64,000 nucleotides of DNA from Candidatus Latescibacterota bacterium (GCA_965217865.1 CBDCJO010000002.1:2368001-2432000); one strand, 5' to 3'; positions 31,910 to 42,938 are shown, counted from the stretch's first letter. Translations and numbers: made by a program. Notes: a model not told the origin generated them from the sequence alone.

Positions 31910-32475
31910 ATGGCTGATTCTGATGAACAATTTGTCGTCCCAAAACCAGGCTCCTTTCATATTCTGGTCGTAGACGATGACGAAACCGTCTGTAAGAGCA
32001 TATCCGATCTGGTCAGACAGGATGGATACCGGGTCACGAGCGTCTACCGACCCGGGGAGGCCTTGAAACTGATTCTCGAAACCTCTGTAGATATCGTCCT
32101 CACCGATCTGATGATGCCAGAGATCAACGGCTGGCAGCTTTTGCAGGCCGTTAAAAAGCAGAACCCCGATATCCCGGTTATCGTTTTCACAGGTTATGTT
32201 CCGGAACAGGGGGAAGCCCTGCTGACCAGCAGGGATGCCGACGGTTATCTGATCAAACCGATCGAACACCGGCGCATGCAGGTGATGTTGAGGGCCCTCC
32301 TCTTTTCCCATAACCTCGGGAGGCCTTGCAGAGGTGGTGCTGGTCGACGACGACAGCGGCACGTTGAAGGCAGTGGAGGCCGCCCTGAGCGCCAGAGGGA
32401 TCTTTGTGGTCCCCTTTTCGGATCCGGATGAAGCCCGCCTCTATATCCACAAGACCCCGCCGGACCTCGTCCTTA
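31910..32475 (+). CDS. Tandem receiver-domain protein (frameshifted, truncated)
   Basis: ILVVDDD...TDLMMP...LIKP; second VLVDDDS...PDLVL in the next frame. Confidence 0.65.
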
Positions 32476-33230
32476 CGGTCCCCGTCTTCGAGGGCGCGGA
32501 CTTCGGCGGATTTATGATCGGCATCTTTCGCGTTCAGGAACTGTTCGACTTCATTCTGCATCAACACGTAGCAGCGGGATACGCGATTGCGGTATACGAC
32601 GATGAGGAGGAGATATACAAGCAGTGGGGACATCCCCGAAGAAGGAGAGCGATGGCGTCAGGATTTGAAAATCGACCTGTATGGCGTTTCTTGGACGGTT
32701 CGCGTTTGGCCCATGCCGGATACCCTGACCGACGCACAATCCCTTCTCCCTGAAGTCACGTTGGTCAGTGGCCTGCTGATGGCTGTTCTGTTGGCCCTGT
32801 CGGTATACCTTTATCAGACCGCGCGATTCCGCGCGGAGGCCCTTCGTGAGAGCGAAGCCAGGTTTCGAGACCTTTATGACGAAGCACCGGTTGGCTTGGC
32901 TACCACGAGATCGATACGGAAGGTCGTTTCCGCAGGGTCAACCGAACCGCCCAAACCCTGCTCGGCTACACCGAACAGGAGATGCTGGGGCGACACCCGT
33001 GGGAGTTTATCGTCGAGCAGGAGGCGTCTCGTCGGGCGATCCAGGAAAAACTCGCAGGGTCTGAATCCCCTCGATCATATGGGCGAACCTGGCGGCGAAA
33101 AGACGGCTCCGTGATGAAGGTCCTGATGCAGGACAAGACCCTTCGAGACGCGGATGGGCGAGTTGCCGGCGTTCGAGCAATAGTCCAGGATATTACAGAG
33201 CCGAGGGACGCAGATTCGGATTCCGCTTAA
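32476..33230 (+). pseudogene. C-terminal part of a CHASE-like/TM/PAS sensor (several frameshifts)
   Basis: VPVFEG..GIFRV, WTVRVWP, TM helix, RFRDLYDEAPVG, MLGRHPWEF, VQDITE; PAS similar to that at about 31120-31450. Confidence 0.55.
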
Positions 33231-33347
33231 GGACTTTGTCGCGAATAGATGATTCATATATCTCCCCGGAAAGGTGAAAAACTCAATGATGCATCGGGCA
33301 CCGGGATGGGCCGGCACCCTCTGACCTTCTGAATCAGGAGAACTCTA

Positions 33348-34353
33348 ATGCCCACCGATTCAATCCTCGTCGTGGATGACGAAGACGGCGTACGGGATCT
33401 GCTCATGAACTTTCTTAAGCTCAAGGGCTACAGGATGTCTGAGGCCACGAGCGGGGAGGAAGCATTGACCCTTCTTGACCAGAACCCCGACCTGCTGATC
33501 ACAGACTTCAAGATGTCCGGTATGGATGGCCTTGCGCTGGCCAAAAATTCGCTGGCGGTTCAACCGGACAGGCCCGTGATCCTCATGACTGCTTTTGCGG
33601 ACGTGGATAACGCCCGTGAATCGGTCACCATCGGAATCTACGATTTTATCCTGAAACCGTTCGATCTTGTAGACTTTGAAAACGCCGTCAGCAGGGCCCT
33701 TAAACACCGCCATCTTGTGTTGGAGAACAAAGAGTACCAACGCAACCTGGAGCAAATGGTGGAAAAACGGACGATGGAGTTGCAGGAAGCCCTGTGATAG
33801 GCTTGATCGGAAGGTCAAAGAACTGGAAGCACGGGACAGGGTAAACCAGCTCCTTTTAACCGTGCATACCCCGGATGAGACCTTTTCTTCGATCATTGAA
33901 GCCGTACAGATTGCCCTCGACGCCGAGCGGGTAGTGCTTTTTCTCCCAGACGCATCGAGAAAGGAATTGGAGCCGGTATGCGGCGTCGGCGTTCGGGAAC
34001 GGGGGGACATGGCCAATCCGGATGTCCTGATGGGCCTCACCGATTCCTGGATAGAGGAAGCCTCTGCCTCCGCGGCTCGGGCATTCCAGGAGGGACGGGT
34101 GGTTTCGGAGGGCGAAAATGAAAGATTAACCCGTGCCGCAGTCCCGATGCTAAGGCTGGGGGAGGGTGTAGGCGTCGTATTCGTGCAGAATCCCTTCAGC
34201 GGAAAGTCCTTTGGAGATGAAGACCTTCACGAGTTGACCGGCCTGACTGCTCAGGCGGCTGTCGCTATCAGCGACGCTTCAATGTACGGCGACAGCGATT
34301 CGTGGAAGGCCATCATAGAGGATCTGGGAGATCTCACATCCAAGCAGGGATGA
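33348..34353 (+). CDS. Response regulator receiver plus GAF domain (frameshift near 33792)
   Basis: ILVVDDE, TDFKM, FILKPF; second ORF carries GAF (AAVPML...QAAVAI). Confidence 0.75.
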
Positions 34354-34440
34354 TTCAAACCGTTCGACTGATTGAAAGAGGATGGGCGCCGAACAGAGGT
34401 AGGGGTTGTCGGGTGATCCAACACCTTGAGGCACAAGCCC

Positions 34441-36246
34441 ATGGATGACCGGAAGGAACGACCTGAAGAAGATCCGGGTCCGGAGGAATCCCCCTGGGGA
34501 AATGGGGGTCCAGGCTCCGGTGTGGATTTGACCCGGGATATCCTCGCCGAGATGGAGAGGGTCTTCAATGCCTTCCGCGACGGTATCTCCCATTTGCAGA
34601 ATGATCCGTTGCGGGCGTTTCTCGTGGAACCGGGTGATTGTGTTCTCCACATCCTGCCGGAGCTGGAAAAACAATCGAGTTTGAACGAATCCTTTCTGAT
34701 CTGTAACAATCAAAATGAAATCTTCAAGACCGGTCCAAACGTCCGTCTATCCGACAATCATTTGCGCTACCAAGCAGAGATATTCGGATATCCGATCATC
34801 TACAAATCTATGGTGTCGATCTTTTCTCCCATCATCCTCTCCAGAGATAAAATGACCGCCTCCTACCTGAACCTGCCGCTTATGGTCCAGTCTCGCCAGG
34901 TATCCGAATCATTGATTCAGGGAGCCCTTTCACGGTCGGGAATCGTGCACAGAATCGATCACGAGGCGATCGACGAAATTTGCTCGGGGGGGAACGGGAG
35001 GCGGATGGTCGTCGTCGCGCGCGGAACCGAACCCATTTCAGGAACCGCCGGTCAGATGGATCTGAAATGGGCAGGGGTCATCGAGCCCGGGGGGTTGGTC
35101 GGGGAAGACGGGGGAATTGACGTTAAGAAATCCAAGAGTGTCATCAAGGCTGGCCACTGCATCGCTATCTATACCAAAGCCACCAAAGGCACCCCTGGAA
35201 CCACAGTCACGGGCGAATCTGTACCGGCAATCAGCGGAGTGGATGCTCCGCCGAAGGTTGGGAACAACATCGATTGTCCGGAGGACGAAAATACGATTCA
35301 ATACCTTGCAAAAGAGAGCGGACGCGTGCGATTTTCCAAGAACAAGCTACGCGTGCACACGGTTTATCAGGTGCGTGGAGATGTCAACGGAAAAACAGGA
35401 AATGTCCATTTTATCGGCGATGTGGAGGTGATCGGAAGGGTCATGTCGGGCTTCACGGTGAAGGCTGGGGGATCGATCAGGGTCGGGGGGAGTGTGGAGG
35501 CCGGAGCTAAGCTGGAAGCGGGAGAGGATGTGTTCGTGGGAAACGGGATTTCCGGACACAACACTTCGGTGAAGGCTGGGGGCGACCTGTTGGCTCGGTT
35601 TATCGCAAACTCATCCGTCGAGGCAGATGGGGAAATCATCGCCGGGAGTTATATTCAAAAAGCCACGGTCACCGGCGGTTCAAACATCAGGGTCCACGGT
35701 CACGGACGTCTCAGGAGGCAGACCAGCGCTGCGGTAGGTGGGAGCCTGATGGCCGTGGAGGGAATGCGAATCGCCTCGGCCGGTTCTGTCTTCGGGGCTC
35801 AAACGCAGTTGATCGCGGGTATAGACCCCAGAGACTTTGAGCGGATGCAGAAAATCAAGGGGGGAATCGAATTTTGCAACGCAAACGGGGCAAGGATCCT
35901 TCGCACCCTTGGCGTCTCAAGGGTCTCAAACGAAAGCCTTAAACAGGCCATGGAGAATGCCCCCCCCGAAAAACAAAGCATCTATGTCCTCCTGGTGGCC
36001 AAACTTCAGGAACTCGCCAAGCTGCGCGTAAAATTCCTGAATGAGGGAGATCAGATCAGGGAGCACCAGAGTGAAATCCTCCAGGGGGCGATCATTCAGA
36101 TAGATGGGTCGGTTTTCCCAGGTGTCCAGGTGCAGATCGGCGCTCTGGCCTCGCCCGTGATCACCGAACTGGAAGCCGTCAAGTTCCATCTCGATGTCAA
36201 AGAGAGAAAGATCATCCCGAAAGCCATGCTGAAGGAGATGGTATAG
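34441..36246 (+). CDS. FapA/DUF342 family protein
   Basis: VARGTEPI, GTPGTTVTG, VRGDVNGKTGNVHFIGDVEVIG beta-helix, VFPGVQVQIG. Confidence 0.8.
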   Translation: MDDRKERPEEDPGPEESPWGNGGPGSGVDLTRDILAEMERVFNAFRDGISHLQNDPLRAFLVEPGDCVLHILPELEKQSSLNESFLICNNQNEIFKTGPNVRLSDNHLRYQAEIFGYPIIYKSMVSIFSPIILSRDKMTASYLNLPLMVQSRQVSESLIQGALSRSGIVHRIDHEAIDEICSGGNGRRMVVVARGTEPISGTAGQMDLKWAGVIEPGGLVGEDGGIDVKKSKSVIKAGHCIAIYTKATKGTPGTTVTGESVPAISGVDAPPKVGNNIDCPEDENTIQYLAKESGRVRFSKNKLRVHTVYQVRGDVNGKTGNVHFIGDVEVIGRVMSGFTVKAGGSIRVGGSVEAGAKLEAGEDVFVGNGISGHNTSVKAGGDLLARFIANSSVEADGEIIAGSYIQKATVTGGSNIRVHGHGRLRRQTSAAVGGSLMAVEGMRIASAGSVFGAQTQLIAGIDPRDFERMQKIKGGIEFCNANGARILRTLGVSRVSNESLKQAMENAPPEKQSIYVLLVAKLQELAKLRVKFLNEGDQIREHQSEILQGAIIQIDGSVFPGVQVQIGALASPVITELEAVKFHLDVKERKIIPKAMLKEMV

Positions 36247-36310
36247 AACTCTTATTCCGCCTCGGGCCGTCCTGGGAACAAGGAAACGCTCATGGTAGCC
36301 CAGACAGGTC

Positions 36311-37333
36311 TCAGCTTGCCCCCCTATCCCCGTGCGACCTGGCATAGTGGCGAGCCAGCAGATCGTCCCCCCAATCGTCCGAAATGTCCCTCCAAACCGT
36401 ATGAATATGGTTGGCCTGGTTCTGGGTGTTGTCGTATTCTACGAAGAAACTGGGCCCATGTAACCGATAATAATGCCCTCGCCCCGGCTCATCTGAGCCA
36501 GCCCAGGCGAAGTGGATATAGGTTTTTCCCTCTTTCTCGATCCGGTTCATTCGGGTATCCGCTACATCTTCGGGCATTCTCGTGATAAATTCCATCACAA
36601 GGTCCATCATTTTTCCTCTCTGATCCTCTGTCATATCCTCTCCGCCAATCCCGTCAGGGGAATCAGGTTTCACGTGTTTTTCTTCGCGGGTCAGGATGTC
36701 CCGGGGCGCAACGTCGGAGATAACCGCCCGCCCGCGTCGGGAGTCGTCCAGGGATCCAAGCAGACTGCGGGCAAGGTCCTCTTCGGCCGCAAGTACACGA
36801 AATCCCAACAGATCACCGTCTGGAACTCTCGCGGGATTCGCCCCGAAGAAATTCGGTGTAGGCGCGATCCTGTTCCCGTCCATAATGAGAAAGTTGACCG
36901 ATATGTGATGGCCTTCCAACCGCCAACCCCAGCGAGACTCAAGCGACGGAGCACCGAATATCGTCGCATAATAGAGGTCCGGATCCCGGATAAAACGACC
37001 ACCGGATCCCTCCAGCCGCGCCAGGGTCGATTCCAGACCCATGATCGAAACGGCCTTTGCATATCCTCGTCGGCTCAAACCACTCGAGAGCAGGACGTGC
37101 AGGAACTTCTGCTGGCTGCTGTCCATCTCCTTCAACGGCAATCCGCAGCGGTCCTTCGGGATATAGTGCCAGTTGAAGCGCTCTTCGTCTTCGACCTGAA
37201 ACAGGACCCGTTCCCGTTGGCCCGGACTTAAAGAAGCCAGAAAGGTCGTGGCAGACTCCACCATCCGCTGTGCGGTCTCAGACTCTAACTCACGGGGTGT
37301 ATCGACCGCCGCCGAGGGTGATCGAATGTCCAT
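36311..37333 (-). CDS. DUF3500 family protein
   Basis: WGWRLEGHHISVN, YYRLHGP..VEYDNTQ..NHIHTVWRD. Confidence 0.85.
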   Translation of the reverse strand: MDIRSPSAAVDTPRELESETAQRMVESATTFLASLSPGQRERVLFQVEDEERFNWHYIPKDRCGLPLKEMDSSQQKFLHVLLSSGLSRRGYAKAVSIMGLESTLARLEGSGGRFIRDPDLYYATIFGAPSLESRWGWRLEGHHISVNFLIMDGNRIAPTPNFFGANPARVPDGDLLGFRVLAAEEDLARSLLGSLDDSRRGRAVISDVAPRDILTREEKHVKPDSPDGIGGEDMTEDQRGKMMDLVMEFITRMPEDVADTRMNRIEKEGKTYIHFAWAGSDEPGRGHYYRLHGPSFFVEYDNTQNQANHIHTVWRDISDDWGDDLLARHYARSHGDRGAS

Positions 37334-37394
37334 CTCAGTACGCTCCACAGGTTTTATTGATTCGAATCCCAACGGAACATCCGTCGATTCTACC

Positions 37395-37424
37395 TTGACA
37401 CCGCAACCACGGTGGGGGTAACTT
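37395..37424 (+). promoter_or_regulatory. Sigma70-type promoter
   Basis: TTGACA-18 nt-TAACTT. Confidence 0.45.
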
Positions 37425-37529
37425 TAGTTTTAGGTTCCGGATCGGATTCGGTGCTTCAAGCCTGTATTCCTGATTTCCTTATATGGTTTTGCCTTCACTC
37501 TGAATTCTGATTCTGTGTACTATTTATTG

Positions 37530-37631
37530 ATGTCACTCTCTATAATGGAAATCGTACTGACCGCCGTCCTCCTCTTATCCCTCTTTGGGGCGGCATTCGT
37601 GGGTCTCAAGGCGACTCAGAAGAAAAAGTGA
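37530..37631 (+). CDS. Small single-TM peptide (28-33 aa)
   Basis: (MSLSI)MEIVLTAVLLLSLFGAAFVGLKATQKKK*; below the ORF track cutoff. Confidence 0.5.
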   Translation: MSLSIMEIVLTAVLLLSLFGAAFVGLKATQKKK

Positions 37632-37693
37632 AGTCCAATGTCTTACCATCCTGAATTCTGTTTTTGACATCTGCGCGCTTTCGTCTTTTATTT

Positions 37694-37960
37694 TCAATTC
37701 CGGCTTCTGTATTCTGTATTCTTCTTCCCACTCTTCTTCGCCTCACGGAGCCATCCCTCCGGATTCTCCATAAGCGTCAATTGCGATGCGATCCAATGCC
37801 TGAGACGTCGCATTTTAGCCCCTTGAGGGACGAGCGCTGAGGCTTCCCACCGTTCGATATCCCGCACACCTATCTTCAGTTTTCTCGCCAGCTCCCCGCG
37901 ACTGATTCCAGCGAAATTCCGAAGGTAAGGCAGGTCCACAAGACGAAAAGATTTGGACAT
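37694..37960 (-). CDS. XRE-like helix-turn-helix protein
   Basis: LRNFAGISRGELARKLKIGVRDIERWE. Confidence 0.65.
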   Translation of the reverse strand: MSKSFRLVDLPYLRNFAGISRGELARKLKIGVRDIERWEASALVPQGAKMRRLRHWIASQLTLMENPEGWLREAKKSGKKNTEYRSRN

Positions 37961-37966
37961 CGATTC

Positions 37967-37994
37967 AATCTAAGCGGTGTTTTGGATTTGTCAA
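37967..37994 (-). promoter_or_regulatory. Promoter predicting a leaderless HTH mRNA
   Basis: TTGACA-16 nt-TAGATT-6 nt-ATG on the minus strand; no RBS. Confidence 0.55.
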
Positions 37995-38129
37995 GAACGG
38001 GAATATCGAGTCCCGGTTAGATTCATCGTTTGTCTACGTCCAATTCGTCCGCCGGGACGATTTATACTTTATTATTTGCAATGCTTTTCGAATGCCACTC
38101 ACCCCCTCATCACCTAGCCCATTAAATTG

Positions 38130-38175
38130 AAAAAGACGGGCGTTCTTCGCCTCCCTGAGACCAAGAATGCCCGTC
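38130..38175 (-). terminator. Intrinsic terminator downstream of cdaA
   Basis: 13-bp stem GACGGGCATTCTT/AAGAACGCCCGTC (one mismatch) followed by T5 on the minus strand. Confidence 0.55.
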
Positions 38176-38283
38176 AGGTCCATCACACCCCTGCGGTTGT
38201 CCTAGAAACGCCGTCCCTTTAACCGATCGGATTCCCTATTTGCGATTGCTTTCGTCTTTTATTCTGTATTCTGCTTTTCCCTT

Positions 38284-39741
38284 TCACCCCCGCCCCACGC
38301 TAACGCGCACGAGGACCGTGGTGGGTTCGCCAGGCGTAATTTTGATAGGAAGCGGAGGAGGCTGAACCTCCACGATCCTTTCTTCACCGTCTTGGAGATC
38401 ATTGAGATCGATGTGCTCCGTCGAAATCTCTTTCAATTCCTGAATCTCTGAAGCCCACCCGGATACCTTGAGGCTCTCGGGCTCTACGAGATGCTCGATC
38501 AGACGGAGACCCCGCGAGAGCCGGCCTACAAATCTGATCTTTACCGGAAGCCTCCGTTCAACTTTTTCATCCAGTTTGACCATGATCGTTTGGGGATCGA
38601 TACTGAGCACGTCCACACCCGGAGGCAGATTCAAATTTTGGGAGGTAATCGGAAGGCTATGGATTCCGGCAGAAACGCCCGAAAGCTCGACCTCCGCACG
38701 GGTCTCACCCGGGGCAAGGGAGCGGATCCGGATTCGAGTCCCTTCGATCTGAACGTTCACCCATTTCGTCGGATCAAGCATCGAGAACCTGCGGGACAAA
38801 TTCCTGTACTCCACAGGGGCTTGGATGGAAATGACCAGCGGCTGTCCGAACACGAAGAAATACCACGCCAGGGAGACGATACACAGAACGGCAGCCATCG
38901 TGCCCATGCGGAAAAGGGGGGCCCGAAGGTTGGGGATCGGCGACCGACGAAGGGGTTCTGGCGTCAGCAGGTCCTGGAGCCGAGCCGTCAACACCTCTGC
39001 CGACGGGACTTCACCGATCCGGCCCGCGTAGGCCAGGGAAACCGTGCCTCTTTCCTCGGACACGATGACGGTAACGGCATCTGTCTCCTTTGCTATCCCC
39101 AGGCCCGCGCGGTGCCGGGTCCCGTACATCCCAGGAAGGTCAGCGTCCGGGGCAAGCGGCAAATAACAACCCGCACGCCGGATCCGACCGCCCGTAACGA
39201 TCACGGCCCCATCGTGGAGCGGAGAATTTGGGTAGAAAATCGTGCTCAGCAACTCGGGGCTCAGCCGACCTTCTACCGCGGTCCCCTCCAGGACGTGGCC
39301 TTCCAATTTGTTCTTTCGCTCGAAGACGATCAGCGATCCCACCCGCCGATCCGCCAACTCGAATACCGCCCGAGCCACCGCGGTGAGTTCAGCGACGCCC
39401 GGCGCGGGAGGAGCCCCAAAAAGGATCTGGATAGGGTTTGCCCGGGACAGGGCCTGGTGGATGTCGGACTGGAAGAGGATGATCAGGAGGATGAGCAGGA
39501 CTGCCCAAAGTTCCTCGAACAGCCATGTCGTCGCGATCAGGTCGACCCGACTGGAGATCAAGTAGAGGACGGCCAGGAAACCCAGGCCCAGTAGTGCCTG
39601 CAGGGCCTTGGTATATCTCAACCAGAGATAGAGGCGGTAGGTGAGGTAAGTAACGATCAGGATGTCGACCCCGTCCCGCCATCTGAGAGCGCTCAGGAAC
39701 GCGGCGACATCCTGCCATTGGAATGGCGGAAGTGCACCCAT
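38284..39741 (-). CDS. cdaA: Diadenylate cyclase CdaA fused to YbbR/CdaR domains
   Basis: 3 TM, SPLHDGAV, GTRHRAG, VSEERG, then a TM and two YbbR-like repeats. Confidence 0.88.
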   Translation of the reverse strand: MGALPPFQWQDVAAFLSALRWRDGVDILIVTYLTYRLYLWLRYTKALQALLGLGFLAVLYLISSRVDLIATTWLFEELWAVLLILLIILFQSDIHQALSRANPIQILFGAPPAPGVAELTAVARAVFELADRRVGSLIVFERKNKLEGHVLEGTAVEGRLSPELLSTIFYPNSPLHDGAVIVTGGRIRRAGCYLPLAPDADLPGMYGTRHRAGLGIAKETDAVTVIVSEERGTVSLAYAGRIGEVPSAEVLTARLQDLLTPEPLRRSPIPNLRAPLFRMGTMAAVLCIVSLAWYFFVFGQPLVISIQAPVEYRNLSRRFSMLDPTKWVNVQIEGTRIRIRSLAPGETRAEVELSGVSAGIHSLPITSQNLNLPPGVDVLSIDPQTIMVKLDEKVERRLPVKIRFVGRLSRGLRLIEHLVEPESLKVSGWASEIQELKEISTEHIDLNDLQDGEERIVEVQPPPLPIKITPGEPTTVLVRVSVGRG

Positions 39742-39763
39742 GGAAGGACAGCCTAAATGACCG

Positions 39764-42640
39764 TTATTTCGATTCTAGGGTATAAACCGAATCCCAATCC
39801 GCCGGGGGCGGATTCAGTTTGTATTCCTGACAGCGTTTTACGAATACATGGGAAGGACCCTCGTTGGGCCGGGCTTTCAATGCCGCCTCGAAATAGGCGA
39901 TGGCCTCGTCCCATTTTTTCTGCGTGTACATCTCGTACCCTTTGGCGAAAACCTCGGATGCCTCCATCCTGGCCGGATCCACCTGCCCTTTTCGACCGAG
40001 GATTTCGAAAACCTTGACGGGCTCCTCCTTGCCCACAACCCGGATCGCATCCAGAAGGCGCGCCTCGATGATCCCTGCGGTTTTTTCGTAGGTCTCCTCA
40101 GAGATCATCGTTAAAACCCCGTACTGCTTCCCGGCCGTCTCCAGACGGGCGGCGAGGTTGACCGCATCCCCCATGACCGTGTAATCCACCCGGGTCTTGG
40201 ATCCCATGTTGCCGACCACCATCCGACCTGTATTGACACCCATCCGGACCTGGAAGAAATCCCCTCGACCCTCTTCAGCCCACTTCTGCCTGAGTTCTGT
40301 CATCTCCCCGCGCTCCTCCCAGCCCTTGCGAAGCTTATCGATCTCGTCCTGCATATCGATGCAGGCCAGAACGGCTCTCTCCGCGTGATCCTCGGTCGGG
40401 ATCGGCGCCCCGTAAAATGCGATGATCGCGTCCCCCTCGAACTTGTCGATGGTCCCCCCCTGCTTGCCGATCAGGTCGCACATCTCCGTGAGGTACTGGT
40501 TGAGCAGAGCGACAAGATCCGTGGGCATAAGGTTCTCGCATATCGTGGAGAAGCTCGCAACGTCTGAGAAAAACACCGTCATCAGTCGTTCTTCTCCACC
40601 CAGCCGATCGACCATTTCGGGATTCTCAACCAGGTTTTCCACGACCTTCGGGTCGAGGTAGTGCCCGAAGGCCCCCTGCACAAAGTCCCTCTCCTTCTCC
40701 TTCTGGATATAGTTGTAGATCGTGATACTCAGGTAGCCGAAGACCAGGGTGCCGACCGGTCCGACCAGATCGATCCAGATGCCCCCGTGCGTGAACAGCA
40801 GGAACGCCCCGACGATATATGAAACCATGAGGATCACCATCCATAACGCGCCGTCCAGAGCCTTGAATCTGGGGACCATAAAACCCATCAAGAGCCCCAG
40901 GCCGAGGACCACCAGGTCATTCATCAAGTCGGATACCCGTTTCAGGAAATTCTCGGTAATGATGGTGTTGAACACGTTGGGGTAGATCCCCACGAGTGGA
41001 TATCCCGCCTCGTAAGGGGTCGGGTTGATGTCGTGTGTCCCCGTGGCGGTCAGACCGTAAAAAAACACCTTCCCTTTTATGTCATCCGGGGTGACCTGTT
41101 GTACTTTCCCCATGGACAGAATCGTGATCGGTTTGAACGGTGGAAAGTAGAGCGGACGATCCGTTGCCTGGACCTTCCCGTCTTGTATGATTTTCCCAAG
41201 GATCTCCACGCTCACGCTTGCCTTCTCCGTCGATACCCCAGGAATCCTGGAAGCGATCTGTTCCGGTGTGGCGATCCCATCCCGGTCCATCTGCTGGGCG
41301 ACAAGATTGTTGATCCGCACCGCATCCAGGGTGGTGAGCAAACCTCTGACCTGGCTCACATACTCCTCTGACGGGGCGAATTGCTCGATCTCGGATGCGG
41401 GGGAATCGGGGCCTAAATCGGCCGGGACCTGTTCCATGGTCAATCCGAAGAGTTGCGCGAAGACCTCGGAGGTTTTGACGTGCGGGTCCGCCCGAACGGC
41501 TTGTTCCATCAACCCTGCGACCTCCAGGGAGGCCTGGTACCCGCCCACAAGTCCGGGGTCGTGGACCCCCTGCTGTTGGGCAAGCGCCACCAGTTGTTCA
41601 AAGTCTCCCTGGGCCTCCGGGTACTCGACGAAGATCCGTTTCACGATCCGCAGGGCTTCTAGCGCCTTCCTGTCTTCGGACAACCGCGAAATCGTGATAT
41701 GCGGAAAGGATTGGAATGTCTCGAGGAACCCGCCCGCCCAGTTCACGAGCAACTGGCCTTTCGGGTCGATGGGGATCTCGATGTCCTTGACACCACCATC
41801 CGTCATGTGGGCGTTTGGAAGACGAATGTAGCCCTCGCCTTCCTCCACCTTAATGTTGGTGAGTGGTACTTGAAGATAGTCGCAGACCATGATCAGGGCG
41901 AGGGAGGGCACGATGCGGCCCTCATAAAAAAGGACCAGGGGAAACTTCCGCCGTGTCCCGTCCACGTCCGGATCCGCCTGTGCAAACCCCACACCTTTGG
42001 CGGCCTCGACGAGGGAGTTCAGGGGAGGATGGATGTCGCGCATCACCTTTAACGTGGTCTCCCTTCCCTCCGGATAGGGAATCAACAGCCCCTTGGACGC
42101 CAGAGTCTCCAGCGCCCCCTCCCGCTCCGGGTCCAGCGGCCTCACCTGATCCCCTTCTTCCATCGCATCCAGGTACTGCCCCAGATAAACTATGCCTGAT
42201 TCCCGGAAGGCCGAGGCCAAGTCTCCGTCATAGTCCATGACAAGGGAAAGGACCTCGTCCCGATTGAAGATTTCAAGACTCAGGAGCTGCTCTTGAGAGA
42301 CCTTGACTTCGCTCGGTTCCAGGAAGAAGACGTCGAATCCGACCATCCGTCCACCGAACTCATGGATCGAGCGAACGATCTTGGCGTGTTTGTCACGTGT
42401 CCAGTCCTGCCATCGCCCTTCGCTGGCCAGGGTCCTGTCGTCCACGTTCACGGTCGCCAGGTTCGGATCCATCCGGATGGGTCCGAAGATGGCCGTCCTC
42501 TGAAGAAACCGCTGATCGTAGGTTTTGAGCTCCGCGATCTCATACAGATTGGTGGAAGACAGCATGATCATAAAGAGGCTGCCACCCAGACCCAGAAAGA
42601 CGTGTGCATAGGATGTTTTATTAGCCTTCTTTTCTTTCAT
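39764..42640 (-). CDS. CHASE2-domain class III adenylate/guanylate cyclase with C-terminal TPR
   Basis: ELKTYDQRF, DPDVDGTRR, 3 TM, FFSDVASF, DKFEGDA, GDAVNLAARLE. Confidence 0.92.
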   Translation of the reverse strand: MKEKKANKTSYAHVFLGLGGSLFMIMLSSTNLYEIAELKTYDQRFLQRTAIFGPIRMDPNLATVNVDDRTLASEGRWQDWTRDKHAKIVRSIHEFGGRMVGFDVFFLEPSEVKVSQEQLLSLEIFNRDEVLSLVMDYDGDLASAFRESGIVYLGQYLDAMEEGDQVRPLDPEREGALETLASKGLLIPYPEGRETTLKVMRDIHPPLNSLVEAAKGVGFAQADPDVDGTRRKFPLVLFYEGRIVPSLALIMVCDYLQVPLTNIKVEEGEGYIRLPNAHMTDGGVKDIEIPIDPKGQLLVNWAGGFLETFQSFPHITISRLSEDRKALEALRIVKRIFVEYPEAQGDFEQLVALAQQQGVHDPGLVGGYQASLEVAGLMEQAVRADPHVKTSEVFAQLFGLTMEQVPADLGPDSPASEIEQFAPSEEYVSQVRGLLTTLDAVRINNLVAQQMDRDGIATPEQIASRIPGVSTEKASVSVEILGKIIQDGKVQATDRPLYFPPFKPITILSMGKVQQVTPDDIKGKVFFYGLTATGTHDINPTPYEAGYPLVGIYPNVFNTIITENFLKRVSDLMNDLVVLGLGLLMGFMVPRFKALDGALWMVILMVSYIVGAFLLFTHGGIWIDLVGPVGTLVFGYLSITIYNYIQKEKERDFVQGAFGHYLDPKVVENLVENPEMVDRLGGEERLMTVFFSDVASFSTICENLMPTDLVALLNQYLTEMCDLIGKQGGTIDKFEGDAIIAFYGAPIPTEDHAERAVLACIDMQDEIDKLRKGWEERGEMTELRQKWAEEGRGDFFQVRMGVNTGRMVVGNMGSKTRVDYTVMGDAVNLAARLETAGKQYGVLTMISEETYEKTAGIIEARLLDAIRVVGKEEPVKVFEILGRKGQVDPARMEASEVFAKGYEMYTQKKWDEAIAYFEAALKARPNEGPSHVFVKRCQEYKLNPPPADWDSVYTLESK

Positions 42641-42644
42641 GGAG

Positions 42645-42938
42645 TTACCCCGCGGTCGGCGATTTCTCGTCCTCCGAGGATTCCTTGCTGAAGATGCCAC
42701 CTAACGTCTTTTGCCAGACGAGCTTCAGGAAAAAGTTAAATGCCTCCCGGACCGTCCCCCAAGTGATATTATTAGAATCGGTCTCCGAGAGGCACCATTG
42801 TAGCAGGTTGATGTTTTCCTCCAGGATGCGATGTTTAACCCGCGCCTCATCGCTCAGTTCACTTCGGTGGGCGTTGGAAAAAAAATAAGCCTGCGTCAGC
42901 ACCCGAAGCCGCTCTTCCAATTCTTCCCGGAGACGCAT
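42645..42938 (-). CDS. Hypothetical protein
   Basis: 97-aa helical ORF with RBS, in operon position before the cyclase. Confidence 0.55.
   Translation of the reverse strand: MRLREELEERLRVLTQAYFFSNAHRSELSDEARVKHRILEENINLLQWCLSETDSNNITWGTVREAFNFFLKLVWQKTLGGIFSKESSEDEKSPTAG

Noticed and set aside
30092-33800. Programmed frameshifting or phase variation in the signalling genes
   Set aside because: Similar indels occur across unrelated genes in the window, so sequencing error is more parsimonious.
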